Shown here one piece after another: positions 40,255 through 50,877 of a stretch of DNA of 64,000 nucleotides. A program made the position numbers and the translations under genes. The stretch covers positions 477,340-541,339 of the forward strand of contig CBDEGW010000004.1 of assembly GCA_965237935.1 (NCBI GenBank), written 5' to 3'. Below the pieces are notes generated by a model, which saw only the letters and a program-made list of their open reading frames with translations, did not search any database and was not told the DNA's origin. This DNA is from Dehalococcoidia bacterium (GTDB lineage: Bacteria > Chloroflexota > Dehalococcoidia > Lucifugimonadales > CBDEGW01). How positions within the stretch are numbered: position 1 is the first letter of the stretch; each line of letters starts with the position of its first letter.

Positions 40255-41958
40255 CCCGAATCCACCGAAGGACGTCCTTGGGGACAGCCCTTGAAGAAGG
40301 CAGAGGGTGCTCCTCTGAATCTGGGATAATGGTTTTGGAACAGAAACCCGCCCGGAAACAAGGAGCACCCAATAGATGCTGCCACAGAACAAACCCGACC
40401 GTATCCGCATCCTCTTTGACGACCATCGCCTGGTGGCCAATGCCGGCCTGCTCCTGCCGGCCACCCTAGCCCGGCACCTGGGCCTGCGGGAACTCGTCGA
40501 CCATCACCTTGACCTCGGCGGAGCGCCGGGACGGGCGAACACTGGGGACAAGATGCTGACGCTGGTCGCTTCCGCGCTGGCAGGCGGCGACTGCATCGAC
40601 GACGCCGATGCGCTGCGCGCTGGTGGGACGGTCGGTGTTCTAGGCTGCGTGGTCAAGGCGCCATCCACCCTGGGGACCTTCCTGCGCAGCTTCCGGTGGG
40701 GGCATGTCCGTCAACTCGACCGCGTGAGCCGCCAGTTGTTGGCCCGGGCCTGGGCCGCTGGGGCCGGACCCGGCGACTCGCCCCTGACCATCGACCTGGA
40801 CTCGACCATCTGCGAGACCTATGGACTGGCCAAGGAGGGAGCGCGCCACCACGGCTATACCGGCGCCCGCGGCTATCACCCACTGCTGGCCATTGCCGCC
40901 GGCACCGGCGAAGTGCTGATGTCCCGGCTGCGCGAGGGCCGGGCCAACACCGCCCGTGGCGCCGCCCACTTCCTGCGTGAGACGGTGTGGCGGGTGCGCT
41001 ACGGCGGGGCCAGGGGACAACTCACGGTGCGGGCCGACAGCGGCTTCTACGCCCACACTGTCGTTGCCGCCTGCCGGGAAATGGATGTCCGCTTCTCTAT
41101 CACCATCCGCCAGCGCGCCAGCCTGCGGGACCTGATCGAGGCGATACCAGAGGAGGACTGGACTCCCATTCCCTACTGGATGGACGGTGCCGCCGATGTC
41201 GCCGAGACGACTTACACCCCGTTCCAGACCAAGCCGGACGCCGCGCCGGTGCGGCTCATTGTCCGGCGGGTGAAGCCGACGCCCGGTTCCCAGCTCGCCC
41301 TCTTCGCCAGATACAGCTATCACGCCTTCATCACCGACCGCGATGGGGAGACGCTGGAACTGGAGGCCGATCATCGCCGCCACGCCGAGGTCGAGAACGC
41401 CATACGCGACCTCAAGTACGGCGTCGGGCTGAACCACATGCCGTCGGCGCGCTTCGCCGCCAACGGCGCCTGGCTGGCGGGCCAGGTGATGGCGCATAAC
41501 CTGGCCCGCTGGACGGCGCGGATTGGTCTGGGCGAGCGGACCGTGATCACCAAGACCCTCAGGCGGCGGGTCTTCGCTCTGGTGGGACGGATCACCCGCT
41601 CGGCGCGCCGCCTCACTTTGCATCTCCCCCGGCGCTGGCCTTGGGAAACCCAGTTCAGTCGCGCCTTGGCCCGGCTGCAAGCCATTCCGTTCCCGGCCTG
41701 ACGGCCAGCCTGCAACTGACCCAACGTCCCCGCAATCTCGCGCCACCCCGGTCGCGAGAGTCCCCTGCTGCGTATCCTCTCGCCATCCCGCGCATCGCAA
41801 CTCCCGCATAGGGCCTTAGGGGCCCTGTGCGGCGACTGAAGACCGTCCGCCGGCCTCTCATCTACCCCAAGACCCCAGGCCATCTCCCCTGTAGCTCCCT
41901 CACCCACCCCCTTCCGCTGTCCTCACGCCGTCCATCGGTGTCCTTCGGTGGATTCGGG
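40255..41958 (+). mobile_element. IS1380-family element, complete
   Basis: IRs CCCGAATCCACCGAAGGAC at both ends; 5-bp target duplication GTAAA (40250-40254 and 41959-41963). Confidence 0.95.
40376..41701 (+). CDS. IS1380-family transposase
   Basis: LVANAGL, TIDLDST, RADSGFY, RRHAEVENAIRDLK. Confidence 0.95.
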   Translation: MLPQNKPDRIRILFDDHRLVANAGLLLPATLARHLGLRELVDHHLDLGGAPGRANTGDKMLTLVASALAGGDCIDDADALRAGGTVGVLGCVVKAPSTLGTFLRSFRWGHVRQLDRVSRQLLARAWAAGAGPGDSPLTIDLDSTICETYGLAKEGARHHGYTGARGYHPLLAIAAGTGEVLMSRLREGRANTARGAAHFLRETVWRVRYGGARGQLTVRADSGFYAHTVVAACREMDVRFSITIRQRASLRDLIEAIPEEDWTPIPYWMDGAADVAETTYTPFQTKPDAAPVRLIVRRVKPTPGSQLALFARYSYHAFITDRDGETLELEADHRRHAEVENAIRDLKYGVGLNHMPSARFAANGAWLAGQVMAHNLARWTARIGLGERTVITKTLRRRVFALVGRITRSARRLTLHLPRRWPWETQFSRALARLQAIPFPA

Positions 41959-42797
41959 GTAAAGGGCCCGCTGGCCGCGCCAGATTCCGAGCCTGCCGGG
42001 GTTAGGCGGATGAACACGTCCACCGGCGACGTTGTGCCCAAGTCCTGTGTCGTATTCCACACGAAGGTGTGCGTCATCCCTTCTACCGCAACCGAGCCTG
42101 TGGTGCCGGACTGCCTCCCGATCAATACAGGTGGCGCCTCGTCTATCAAGGTTGCCGACAGGAACGTGCCACCGCCGTCCACGGAGAACTCGAACTGCAC
42201 ATTGGCCAGGTCGGCGGTAGAGTCGGCCAGCGTGAACTGCACCGCTACCTGCCCACCCACCATGCCCGTGCCCGGAGCCAGTATCCGTATCTCCGGAGGG
42301 TCGTTCCCTACTGAGAAGGTCGCTGTCTGGGAGCGGCTCTCTAGGCCGGTGTTGTCTGTAACTACTAGCTCGAACTTGTAGATGCCCTGCTGCTGCGGCG
42401 CGAAGACAGGCGCCTCGGCATGCGGGTCGCTCAGAGTTACCGTTGGCCCCTCTACTTGGATCCATTGGAAACTGGCCACTGTTTGATCATCAACGCTTCC
42501 GGAGCTGGGAAGCCTCAACAGTGCGCCGGGGCTCTCCCGCACCTCGAATGCCGGAGCCGCTTGGACCTGGGACGTCGGGATGGGCTCCGCAACTTGGACC
42601 GTTGGCGTTAGCGTGGGTGAAGGCGTTGCCTACGAGTCAGACTGGGTGCATGCCGCGAAGCTGATGGCCAGTACAACAAATATGAAAGGCGCAAAGGAGA
42701 CTGTTCGCATGATTCATATTATAGCTGAGTGGGGGGGTGCCGTTGCACTTTTTGACAACGGCAAGGGCGGACCCGGTAAAGGTTCAAGTCTGAATAT

Positions 42798-43169
42798 TCA
42801 CCTGCGCTTTAGTGCGCCCGCGGGCAATGCTCCGATGAATGCGCCAGAGGACGCAGACGCCAAGGCTGCTGCAATGTACATCGCTTGATACCCAGGGCCG
42901 ATGTCCTTCCCCAGAAGAACCACTATAAAGACTGCGGGTATGCTAACCGAGATGCCCCAATGCCACCAGGGAACTGTCTGCCAGATTAGCCTGCAGAAGA
43001 AGCTGAATATCGCCCCCACGACCAGATAGGCGGCGACCACAGGGACTATCCGTTCAGCGCTCAAGATAGGAGGGCCATCTGCAAATACAGCTGCACCAGC
43101 CACGAATGATGCAGGTACTCCTACCAGAAATGCGATGATGTGGGCAATGGCCCTTGAGGTTCTTCCCAC
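42798..43169 (-). CDS. hypothetical membrane protein (4 TM helices)
   Basis: Four hydrophobic segments. Confidence 0.6.
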   Translation of the reverse strand: MGRTSRAIAHIIAFLVGVPASFVAGAAVFADGPPILSAERIVPVVAAYLVVGAIFSFFCRLIWQTVPWWHWGISVSIPAVFIVVLLGKDIGPGYQAMYIAAALASASSGAFIGALPAGALKRR

Positions 43170-43285
43170 TACGGTCCACCACGGTTTCCGCCATAGGACC
43201 GAATTTCAATAGTTAGTAACTGCCACAACCTCCACCTCTGCAAGGGAGCTCCCTGCGACCCAGGCCTCCAGCTACTTTAGCCAGG

Positions 43286-45562
43286 CTATTTTCCATCACC
43301 TCTGTCGCGTAGGGCCCAGAAGACACGCTCGGGGTCCATGGGCGTGTGAGTCATTCGGACGCCGGTAGCGTGATAGACGGCGTTGGCCACGGTGGCGGGG
43401 GGTGGCACCGCCGGGCCCTCCCCGACGCCCCGGGTCCCTAGAGGGCCGTCCTCGGCGGGGACCTCCACGATCTCCGCGTCGATCATGGGCACGTCCAGGG
43501 AGGTGGGCATGCGATAGTCCAGAAGCGTTGGGTTTCGCATCAGGCCCTGGTCGTCGTACAGCATCTCCTCCGTGAGGGCCCATCCCAGGGCCTGGGCGGC
43601 CCCGCCCTGCATCTGGCCCTCCACCAGCGTCGGGTTGATGACTCGCCCCACGTCCTGGAAGGTAGTGTACTTCAGAATGGCCACCTTGCCCGTGTCCGGG
43701 TCCACCTCAACGTCGGCGATGTGCAGGCAGAAGACGGGTGCGCTCTTCAGTTTCGGGTTGCTGCCGTAGGCCATGAGGGCCCCCCCGGAGCGCACAGAGA
43801 GAGAGGCGATCTCCTTGAAAGTGATGCTCTTGTCGAGCTCCTTGCCGGCGTGGAAAACGCCATCGGCGTATTCCACCTCCTCCGGCGGAAGGTCTAGCCT
43901 CTGGGCGGCTCGCTTCTTCATCTGCTGGATCAGCTCCTGGCAGGCGAGATGGATGGCCGTCCCCATGGTGTAGGTGATGCGGCTGCCGCCGGTGGTGTCG
44001 GTGTGGCCTACGGTCTCCGTATTGCCGGTGGTCACGTGGACCTCCTCCGGAGGGATGCCCAGGGCATCGGCGCAGATTTGCACAAAGCCGGTCCGGGTGG
44101 TGGACATGTCCACGGAGCCTACCGTCAAGGAAACGGAGCCGTCTCCCATGACGGTAACGTGGCAGCTTGATGTGTTGACGCCGCCCGGCCAAAAGCCCAC
44201 TGCGACGCCTCGACCCTGGTTGGTCCCCTGGGGCAGCGGCGAAGTCCACGCCGGGTGGCTTCTGGCCTGCTCTATCACCTCGCGCAAGCCGATCTTATCG
44301 AAGGGCAGGTTGATGGGCTGCGGGTCCCCGGTTTCGACGGCGTTCAGCAGTCGAAACTCCAGCGGGTCCATCTTCAGGGCCTCCGCCACCTCGTCCGCCA
44401 CCGATTCCGTGGCGAAGCAGGCGGGAGGCGCTCCCGGGGCCCGCACCGAGCCCACCCTGGGCCTGTTGGTCACTACGTCGAACCCGTCGATCTTCAAGTT
44501 GGGGGTCTTGTAGGGGGCGAAGCCCACCAAGACTCCCGCCGACACCGCCGCTCCCGGGAAGGCCCCGGCGCCGTAGACCAGGCGGCCCTGGATGGCGGTG
44601 ATGTGTCCGTCCTTCTTAGCTCCCATCTTCACCGTTATGACGGCCTCGGGGGCAGGTGGCGAGGCCTTCAGCACCTCGTCTCGGTCCAGAAGGATCCTTA
44701 CGGGCCGGCCACTCTTCTCCGAGAGCTTGACGCAAATGGGGGCGATCAGGGCGTACATCTTTCCGCCGAAGGCGCCCCCCAGCTCTGTGGGGTTGACCTT
44801 TATCCTGTTGGCGGGAATGTCCAGCAGTATAGCCATCTGATTGCGGTGGAAGAAGATGCCCCGGGTGTTGGGCCACGCCTCTATGTCTCCGTTGGGGTAG
44901 ACGATGGCTGTGTCGGCCTCGGGCTCAATGTAACCTGGATGGTTGATATGGGCGGTGAAGGTTCGCTCCTTAATGACGTCGGCCTCTCGAAAGCCGGCCT
45001 CCACGTCTCCTCTATCCAGCTCCATATGCAGGGCCACGTTGCTGGGCTTTTCGCTAACGCCGCCCAGGGTGCGAGTGAACAGGTCATTGTGAAGGATTGA
45101 AGCATTGGGTTCCATCGCCTGGATGGGGCCGTTGACAGGCGGCAGGAGCTCGTACTCCACCTCGATGAGTCCCAAGGCCTCCTCAGCGACTTCACGGCTG
45201 GTGGCTGCCACCGCCGCCACGGGGTGGCCGTGGAAGAGGGCCTTGTCTCGAGCCATCATCAGCTTGCTCATGTGGTACATCCCCATCTCTACTTCGCCCA
45301 TGGGCACGAAGGCATCTGTGCTGATGGAGGGAAAGTCCGCGCCGGTGACCACGGCCTTGACGCCGGGCAATTCCAGGGCCGCGGAGGCGTCTATGCTAGT
45401 TATGCGAGCATGGGCATGGGGGCTTCTGAGGATCCGTCCGTGCAGGACCCCCGGGGTTTTCACGTCGGCGCTGTACTGGGACCTGCCCGTGACCTTGGCC
45501 AGGGCGTCCACGTTGGTGTAGCGTTCCCCAATAACTCCCTTCCTCTTCTCGCTTACTACCAT
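43286..45562 (-). CDS. xanthine dehydrogenase-family molybdopterin-binding subunit
   Basis: KVTGRSQY..D, LRSPHAHARI, LGGAFGGK, VRAPG, GQMQGG, GTRGVGE. Confidence 0.93.
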   Translation of the reverse strand: MVVSEKRKGVIGERYTNVDALAKVTGRSQYSADVKTPGVLHGRILRSPHAHARITSIDASAALELPGVKAVVTGADFPSISTDAFVPMGEVEMGMYHMSKLMMARDKALFHGHPVAAVAATSREVAEEALGLIEVEYELLPPVNGPIQAMEPNASILHNDLFTRTLGGVSEKPSNVALHMELDRGDVEAGFREADVIKERTFTAHINHPGYIEPEADTAIVYPNGDIEAWPNTRGIFFHRNQMAILLDIPANRIKVNPTELGGAFGGKMYALIAPICVKLSEKSGRPVRILLDRDEVLKASPPAPEAVITVKMGAKKDGHITAIQGRLVYGAGAFPGAAVSAGVLVGFAPYKTPNLKIDGFDVVTNRPRVGSVRAPGAPPACFATESVADEVAEALKMDPLEFRLLNAVETGDPQPINLPFDKIGLREVIEQARSHPAWTSPLPQGTNQGRGVAVGFWPGGVNTSSCHVTVMGDGSVSLTVGSVDMSTTRTGFVQICADALGIPPEEVHVTTGNTETVGHTDTTGGSRITYTMGTAIHLACQELIQQMKKRAAQRLDLPPEEVEYADGVFHAGKELDKSITFKEIASLSVRSGGALMAYGSNPKLKSAPVFCLHIADVEVDPDTGKVAILKYTTFQDVGRVINPTLVEGQMQGGAAQALGWALTEEMLYDDQGLMRNPTLLDYRMPTSLDVPMIDAEIVEVPAEDGPLGTRGVGEGPAVPPPATVANAVYHATGVRMTHTPMDPERVFWALRDRGDGK

Positions 45563-45780
45563 GATTCCCTCCGTAGTATGTTAGATGGGATGATATTATC
45601 CTTAATCAACCTTTGCCTTGCATGAACCGGGCTATCATGTTACCGCAAGTCGCCTGGGTAGTCGAGAAACACGACGAAAGTAATGGAGGGTGTTCCCGCG
45701 CACCGAATTGTTGTACTTGAAGGTGAGAGGCACTAACATATTTGGCAGCCCTTGGTCGAGCCGGAAAGGTAGGTGCTGAA

Positions 45781-46644
45781 ATGCTGGTCGATACCCACGT
45801 CCACATCGTATCCGATGATCACCAGAGGTATCCCCTTGAGCCGACGACGACTCAGGCAACGTCTGTGTCTTCCCCCTGGCATCGTGAAATGCCGGTGACC
45901 GCCGAGGAGCTGCTGCAGCTCATGGACAACGCCGGCGTGGACCGGGCGACCCTAGTCCAGGCCATGTCCGCCTACCGTTTTGGCAACGACTACGCCGCCG
46001 ATGGTGCCAGGCAACACTCGCAGAGGTTCACCAGCGTCTGCATCATCGACATGCTGGCAGAGGACGCGGCGGACCGGCTGAGCCACTGGGTGCAGGAGCG
46101 AGGGATGCGCGGAATCCGCATCTTTACTAATGTGGTGCCGGAGCTCCAGGTAGATGACCCCCGCACCCTTCCCGTATGGGAGCGGACGGCCTCCCTGGGC
46201 ATCCCTGTCTGCATTAACGTGAGACTCCATCAGGCTCGGGGGCTGGGCCACGTCCTGGAGCGCTTCCCCAACGTTCCTGTGGCCCTGGACCACCTGAGCA
46301 ATCCAGAGGTGGAGGATGGCCCACCCTACTAGAGCGCCCAGCCCCTTTTCGAACTGGCGAAACATCCCAACCTTCACCTGAAATTCTCAACCGTTAACCT
46401 GTACGCCCTACAGAAGGGTAGGGCCGACACCCAGGACTTCCTACAGCGACTAGTGGACCGTTTCGGAGCCCGGCGCCTCATGTGGGGGTCCAACTTCTCG
46501 GCCACCCACGACCGCAGCTACGAGGAGCTGGTGGAGATGGGGCGCCAGTCCGTCTCCTTCCTGTCCGACGAAGAGCAACGCCTGATGCTGGGTGAGAACG
46601 CCCTGAGGCTGTGGCCGGAGCTTGCATCAGATAATAAATCCTAG
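45781..46644 (+). pseudogene. amidohydrolase-family protein with an internal TAG
   Basis: DTHVHI, VALDHLSNP, GPPY*SAQPLF (TAG 46330-46332), then in-frame LKFST and RLMWGSNFS. Confidence 0.85.
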
Positions 46645-46731
46645 TACTTCCTTGCGAAAAAGCGCGGTATGAAAAGCCGCTCATGGTGAGCCCGTCGAAC
46701 CACGAGCGGCTCACCGGTCTCCTCTTAAGGG

Positions 46732-47736
46732 TTATTTAAACTGCGGCGCCACCTGCTGGCCGAAAAGCTCAAGCTGCCGAATTACCTCGCGGTGTGGCAT
46801 GCCGGGCCACTGCATTCGGAAGAGCATGTGGGTGACGCCGAGCTGGTCCCGGTAGCGCTGGATCTCCCGCACCACCTCCTGGGGCGTCCCAATGAGGAAG
46901 CGGTCTCTGGCAAGCTCATCGAAGGGCATGTGGAAGGACTCCTCCTCTGGCAGGGCCTGGTCCTGGCCCCAGGCTGCGTAGGCCTGATATTTTGGCTCCA
47001 AGTACGGTCGCGCTCCCTCCAGTGCAGCCTCTGAGTCGGTGTGCAGGTACAGCTCCCTCATCATGGGGAGGTCCACCACGTCATCTCCTCCCGACTGCTC
47101 GAGAGTCTCCCGGTACATCCGCACCTGGCGCTGGACGGTTGATACGGTAGCGTGAGGGTTGACCAGCCAGGGGTAGCGGTGCCGGGCGGCGCGCCTGACG
47201 GCCTGGTCGCTGTTGGCCGCCACCCAGATGGGGGGGTGCGGCTTCTGTACCGGTCTCGTAACGGGTTTGACGGGCGGAATGGTGTAGAACCTGCCGTGGA
47301 ACTCCACCTCCGGCTCCGTCCAGAGTAGCTTCATTATCTCCAGGGACTCCAGCAGGCGCGGCACTCGCTCCTTGGAGGGGGACCCGAAGGCGATGTACTC
47401 CTCCTCCCTGTATCCCAGACCGACCCCCAGGATGAACTTGCCGCCGCTGATGGCGTCCAGGGTCGCCACCGATTCCGCCACCTCTACTGGCGATAGCAGC
47501 GGCAGCAGCAGGACAGTTGCCGCCAGGTGCATGCCCTGAGCCTCCGGGGCCAGACGCGCCAGGAAGTGCAAAGACGTCGGCATTTGGTAGGGGTACGATA
47601 GGAAATGCTGGCCCGTAGCTATGAGGTCGAAGCCCGCTTCTCTGGCGGCGCGCACCTGCTCCACCGCCTCGCCTATCTTGGCGGACATGTCCTCTTCAGG
47701 CAGCCACTGGTCCAGAACAAAGAAGCCAAATCGCAC
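46732..47736 (-). CDS. LLM-class flavin-dependent oxidoreductase
   Basis: GTG start (MRFGFFV), GQHF, VAESVATLDAISGGKFILGVGLGYR, PVQKPHPPIWVAA. Confidence 0.92.
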   Translation of the reverse strand: MRFGFFVLDQWLPEEDMSAKIGEAVEQVRAAREAGFDLIATGQHFLSYPYQMPTSLHFLARLAPEAQGMHLAATVLLLPLLSPVEVAESVATLDAISGGKFILGVGLGYREEEYIAFGSPSKERVPRLLESLEIMKLLWTEPEVEFHGRFYTIPPVKPVTRPVQKPHPPIWVAANSDQAVRRAARHRYPWLVNPHATVSTVQRQVRMYRETLEQSGGDDVVDLPMMRELYLHTDSEAALEGARPYLEPKYQAYAAWGQDQALPEEESFHMPFDELARDRFLIGTPQEVVREIQRYRDQLGVTHMLFRMQWPGMPHREVIRQLELFGQQVAPQFK

Positions 47737-47765
47737 TGGGGCCTCCTTACGTGGATGAGCTGGAT

Positions 47766-48722
47766 TTATCGACGTCCTACCGCCCCGTCGATTTGGGCCA
47801 ACAGAGCCGGGGTCAGCGGGCCCTTCTCCTCCGCCGCAATACATTCGCGGAGCTCGGCCTGATTTTTTACTCCCAGGACCACCGTGCCCACACCCTCCAT
47901 GGACAGGGAGTACCTGTGGGCCAGGGACGCCGCAGACTCCCCCATCTCCAAGGACAGCCTCCGAAAAGGCTCAGCGCGCCTGTAGTCGGCCATCTCCGGG
48001 TGGTCGTCCGGTAGCTGACGGTCAAAGGTGTCGGTCAGGGCCCCTGCCTGCACCGCACGGATGCCCATAACTCCGATTCCCCTGGCGCTGGCGGCGTCGA
48101 TGATTTCGCGGGGTCGCGCTGGCCCCTCGAAGCGTTTCAACCCTCCAGGAGAGTCCAGCAGGTTGGCTATGGCCTGGACTGCCGCGGGCGGTGGGTTTTC
48201 TTGTAGGGTCTCCAGGATAGCTGACGGCTCTCCGATGCCGGAGATGCCCCACGCGCCGACGCGGCCCTGCTGGACCAGCCGCTCCAGGGCCGGACGAACA
48301 GCCTCAACGAAAAGGCTGCGGGTAGTTCCCGGGGAGACGTCGGCGGCGCCATTGGGGACGATCTGTCCGTGCAGGAAAAAGAGGTCGACCCTCTTCAGTT
48401 TCAGACGAACGAGGCTCTCATCAAGGCTCCGTTCCAGCAGAGGCATGACCTCTTGAGGAGAAGGGTTGCCGACTCTACATTTGGTGGAGATTCGTACCCC
48501 TTCTGGAAGCCTGCCGGAGAAGGCCTCTCCGATGACCGACTCCGCTTCGCCGTTGCCGTAGGTCGGCGCCATGTCTAAGAAGGTGATGCCGGCCTCGACG
48601 GCCAGACGCGCACATTCGACGGCCTCCTCCCGGCTGGTGTGCCCCCACACCTGGCCGATGCCCCCTCCACCGAGGGTCAGTGCGCTAACCTCTCCCAGCC
48701 TACCGAAGATGCGCTTCTGCAT
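47766..48722 (-). CDS. aldo/keto reductase
   Basis: LTLGGGG, GITFLDMAPTYG, ISTK, RVDLFFLH. Confidence 0.92.
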   Translation of the reverse strand: MQKRIFGRLGEVSALTLGGGGIGQVWGHTSREEAVECARLAVEAGITFLDMAPTYGNGEAESVIGEAFSGRLPEGVRISTKCRVGNPSPQEVMPLLERSLDESLVRLKLKRVDLFFLHGQIVPNGAADVSPGTTRSLFVEAVRPALERLVQQGRVGAWGISGIGEPSAILETLQENPPPAAVQAIANLLDSPGGLKRFEGPARPREIIDAASARGIGVMGIRAVQAGALTDTFDRQLPDDHPEMADYRRAEPFRRLSLEMGESAASLAHRYSLSMEGVGTVVLGVKNQAELRECIAAEEKGPLTPALLAQIDGAVGRR

Positions 48723-48778
48723 GGGTGCAAAGGTAGTGGACTATGCTGTGCCTGTCAACATCAGGAGAAAGGCCGCCC

Positions 48779-49354
48779 TCACTCTTGTGGCGCCAGAAAG
48801 CAGGTGGTGACGTGGTCATTGACCATGCCCACGGCCTGCATGAAGGCGTAGCAGATGGTGGGGCCCACGAATTTGAACCCACGGCGAGCCAGGTCTTTGG
48901 ACATGGCCTCCGACTCCACCGTCTTGGCGGGCATCTCTTCGAAGGTGAGCACTCCCGGCCTTCGTAAAGTTTTGCGGCCCGTGAACTGCCATATGTAGTG
49001 ATCGAAGGCGCCGTACTCCTTCTGGGCCGCCAGGAGGCGCTGAGCGTTGTTGATGACGGCGTCTACCTTGAGGCGGTTGCGCACGATGCCGGCGTCGGCC
49101 AGCAGTCGCCGCCTGTCGGCCTCTCCATAGGCCGCGACCTTTGCCGCGTCGAAGTTGTCGAAGGCCCTGCGGTAGTTTTCGCGCTTGTGCAGAATGGTCC
49201 GCCAGGAGAGCCCTGCCTGGGCCCCCTCCAGGGCCAGGAACTCGAAGAGAAGCCGGTCGTCGTGGACGGGTACGCCCCACTCCTCGTCGTGGTAGCGCAT
49301 CATCAGGGGGTCCTCTGGTCCTCCGAAGCAGCGGGTCTTCTGGGGTTCCTGCAT
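48779..49354 (-). CDS. tag: DNA-3-methyladenine glycosylase I
   Basis: YHDEEWG, LEGAQAGLSW, IVRNRLK, FVGPTICYAFMQAVGMVNDH..C. Confidence 0.96.
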   Translation of the reverse strand: MQEPQKTRCFGGPEDPLMMRYHDEEWGVPVHDDRLLFEFLALEGAQAGLSWRTILHKRENYRRAFDNFDAAKVAAYGEADRRRLLADAGIVRNRLKVDAVINNAQRLLAAQKEYGAFDHYIWQFTGRKTLRRPGVLTFEEMPAKTVESEAMSKDLARRGFKFVGPTICYAFMQAVGMVNDHVTTCFLAPQE

Positions 49355-49403
49355 AAGTGCACCTATATTGGCCTTGCACTAAAAGCCCAACGCTTCTTTC
49401 CCA

Positions 49404-49482
49404 CCCACCCGCCCAGAGGTTTTATCCAAAGGGGGACACCCCCTTTAGCCCCCGACAGGGAACCCGGTTCCCTGTACCCTCC
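49404..49482. repeat. intergenic REP-like hairpin repeat, copy A
   Basis: CCCACCCGCCCAGAGG...AAGGGGG-ACA-CCCCCTT...CCTGTACCCTCC, shared with 53027-53146. Confidence 0.8.
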
Positions 49483-49645
49483 TAGGGGTTTTGTGCAAAG
49501 CACCTTATATTGAGGGAACACACCACGCCATAAATCTAGCCAGGTTCCTCGAGATTCCCCTGCACGTCCACAATCCTCATGACGAAGAGTAGCAGGTCCT
49601 TCGCTGAGTGGGATTGCTTCCTCGGCCGCGAAGCAGTTCTCGGCT

Positions 49646-50071
49646 CTATCCTGGAGGGGGTATAGCGCCTAGCTGTTGCATCAAGCTTAGCAAGTCCACC
49701 TCGCCCCAGTGCTCCACTATCTTCCCGCCGTCAATACGCATGATATCGATGGCGTCAAAGCGCACCTCTTTGTCGGTGGGCGCTACGCCGAAGAACCCAC
49801 CCTTGTGGGTGGCGTGAAAGGTCTTGCGTGTCACCACCTTGTCGCCTTCAGCCACCTGGTCGTGGACGTGGGCATGCACGTCTGGGAAGGCCGTCAACAG
49901 CATCGAGAAGAACTCCCTGAAGCCTTCGATCCCCTGAGGCGGCGGCATCCCGCCAGGCCCAGCATGGTTCACGAAGTTGGGGTCGAATATCTCAGGTAAT
50001 ATATCCAAATTGTGCTGGCTCTGTACCTCCTCAACGAAACGGCGTACCAGCGCCTTGTTCTCCTCTGACAT
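49646..50071 (-). CDS. SnoaL-like ester cyclase family protein
   Basis: NKALVRRFVEEV, AFPD, VAEGDKVVTR, THKG.F.GVAPT.K, IVEHWG. Confidence 0.9.
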   Translation of the reverse strand: MSEENKALVRRFVEEVQSQHNLDILPEIFDPNFVNHAGPGGMPPPQGIEGFREFFSMLLTAFPDVHAHVHDQVAEGDKVVTRKTFHATHKGGFFGVAPTDKEVRFDAIDIMRIDGGKIVEHWGEVDLLSLMQQLGAIPPPG

Positions 50072-50091
50072 GGAGCCACCTCCTGTGAGGG

Positions 50092-50316
50092 CTAGACCGT
50101 TATCGACTCTATGACCCCACTGAGCCCGCTGCGCAGCTCCGGAGTGTCCTGGTGCCCGTGAGTATGGATGGCGTGGGCGGCCGCCGCTTCCACTAGGTCG
50201 TCGCGTTGGCTCTCGGGGGCCATCAACACCACCTTGCAGTTCTTCTCGCTGGGGTAATTACCGCAGTTGGCTACAAGCCATTGACCACTGGTTAGACCTA
50301 GCTCTTTTAGCTCCAT
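50092..50316 (-). CDS. small DUF1059-like protein
   Basis: C...C and H..H pattern (AAAHAIHTHGH); RBS AGGAG. Confidence 0.65.
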   Translation of the reverse strand: MELKELGLTSGQWLVANCGNYPSEKNCKVVLMAPESQRDDLVEAAAAHAIHTHGHQDTPELRSGLSGVIESITV

Positions 50317-50438
50317 CTTTTCTCCTCCTTTTGTTTGTGCTCTTTAATGTAGCGCTCTTCACCCTACGTGTCTACTCTTGTTGACTTCCTTATATACGTC
50401 CACCATAACCAAGCCGCGGGAGTCCACTATTAGCAGTT

Positions 50439-50579
50439 CTACGCAGCCACCACCCTCTCCGCGCCGGCATAGATGTTGAAGCTGTCTCCGCGGGCGAAGC
50501 CCACCAGGGTCATGCCGAACTCCTGGGCCAGCTCCACCGCCAGGCTGGAGGGGGCGCCCACCGCCACCAGCATGGGGAC
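50439..50579 (-). pseudogene. fdhD: 3' fragment of the formate dehydrogenase accessory protein FdhD
   Basis: Minus strand reads [45 protein letters not shown]; not in the ORF track. Confidence 0.8.
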
Positions 50580-50877
50580 TTGGGGATCTTGTCGTCCGCG
50601 CATGGGGAGCACCTCCGAGGAGAGGTACTCCTATTCTACATGGGAAGTGCTTCCAACGGGCTTCGCCAGGGAGTATTTCAGCAGCCTGTTAGACGAGCTA
50701 GCTCCCATGGTTGCCCCTCCTGGCTTTATTGCAAGTTCAGCAATATCGGCTGTCCTTCTGTGGACGACGGCAACAACTAAATGCTTCACCAAAAAAATCA
50801 TTTGAATCCCACCCACCCTCGCAGTTAATGAATGAGGGGCCGCGCCCCTCATACTCCCTGAGGGTGCCACGATTCCA

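Larger units (their letters stand above)
39769..42710 (-). pseudogene. lipoprotein with Ig/PKD-like domains and a T3SS needle/filament-like helical C-terminus, split by IS1380 and an internal TAG
   Basis: ATG 42710 with lipobox FAAC; TAG at 42630-42632; removing the IS and one GTAAA rejoins GPFT|YHPLL in frame; ends LQNALQKQQQLLQTISNVSKMLHDTAMAIIRKIG. Confidence 0.8.

Noticed and set aside
4754-41809. Long antisense or shadow ORFs (e.g. 4754-5635, 6138-7022, 13988-15040, 25433-26275, 27667-28551, 40640-41809)
   Set aside because: They lie opposite well-supported genes in high-GC DNA and have no recognisable motifs.
43286-45562. Aerobic CO dehydrogenase large subunit (coxL)
   Set aside because: The active-site loop is VRAPG, not AYxCSFR or AYxGAGR, and no coxMS genes are adjacent.
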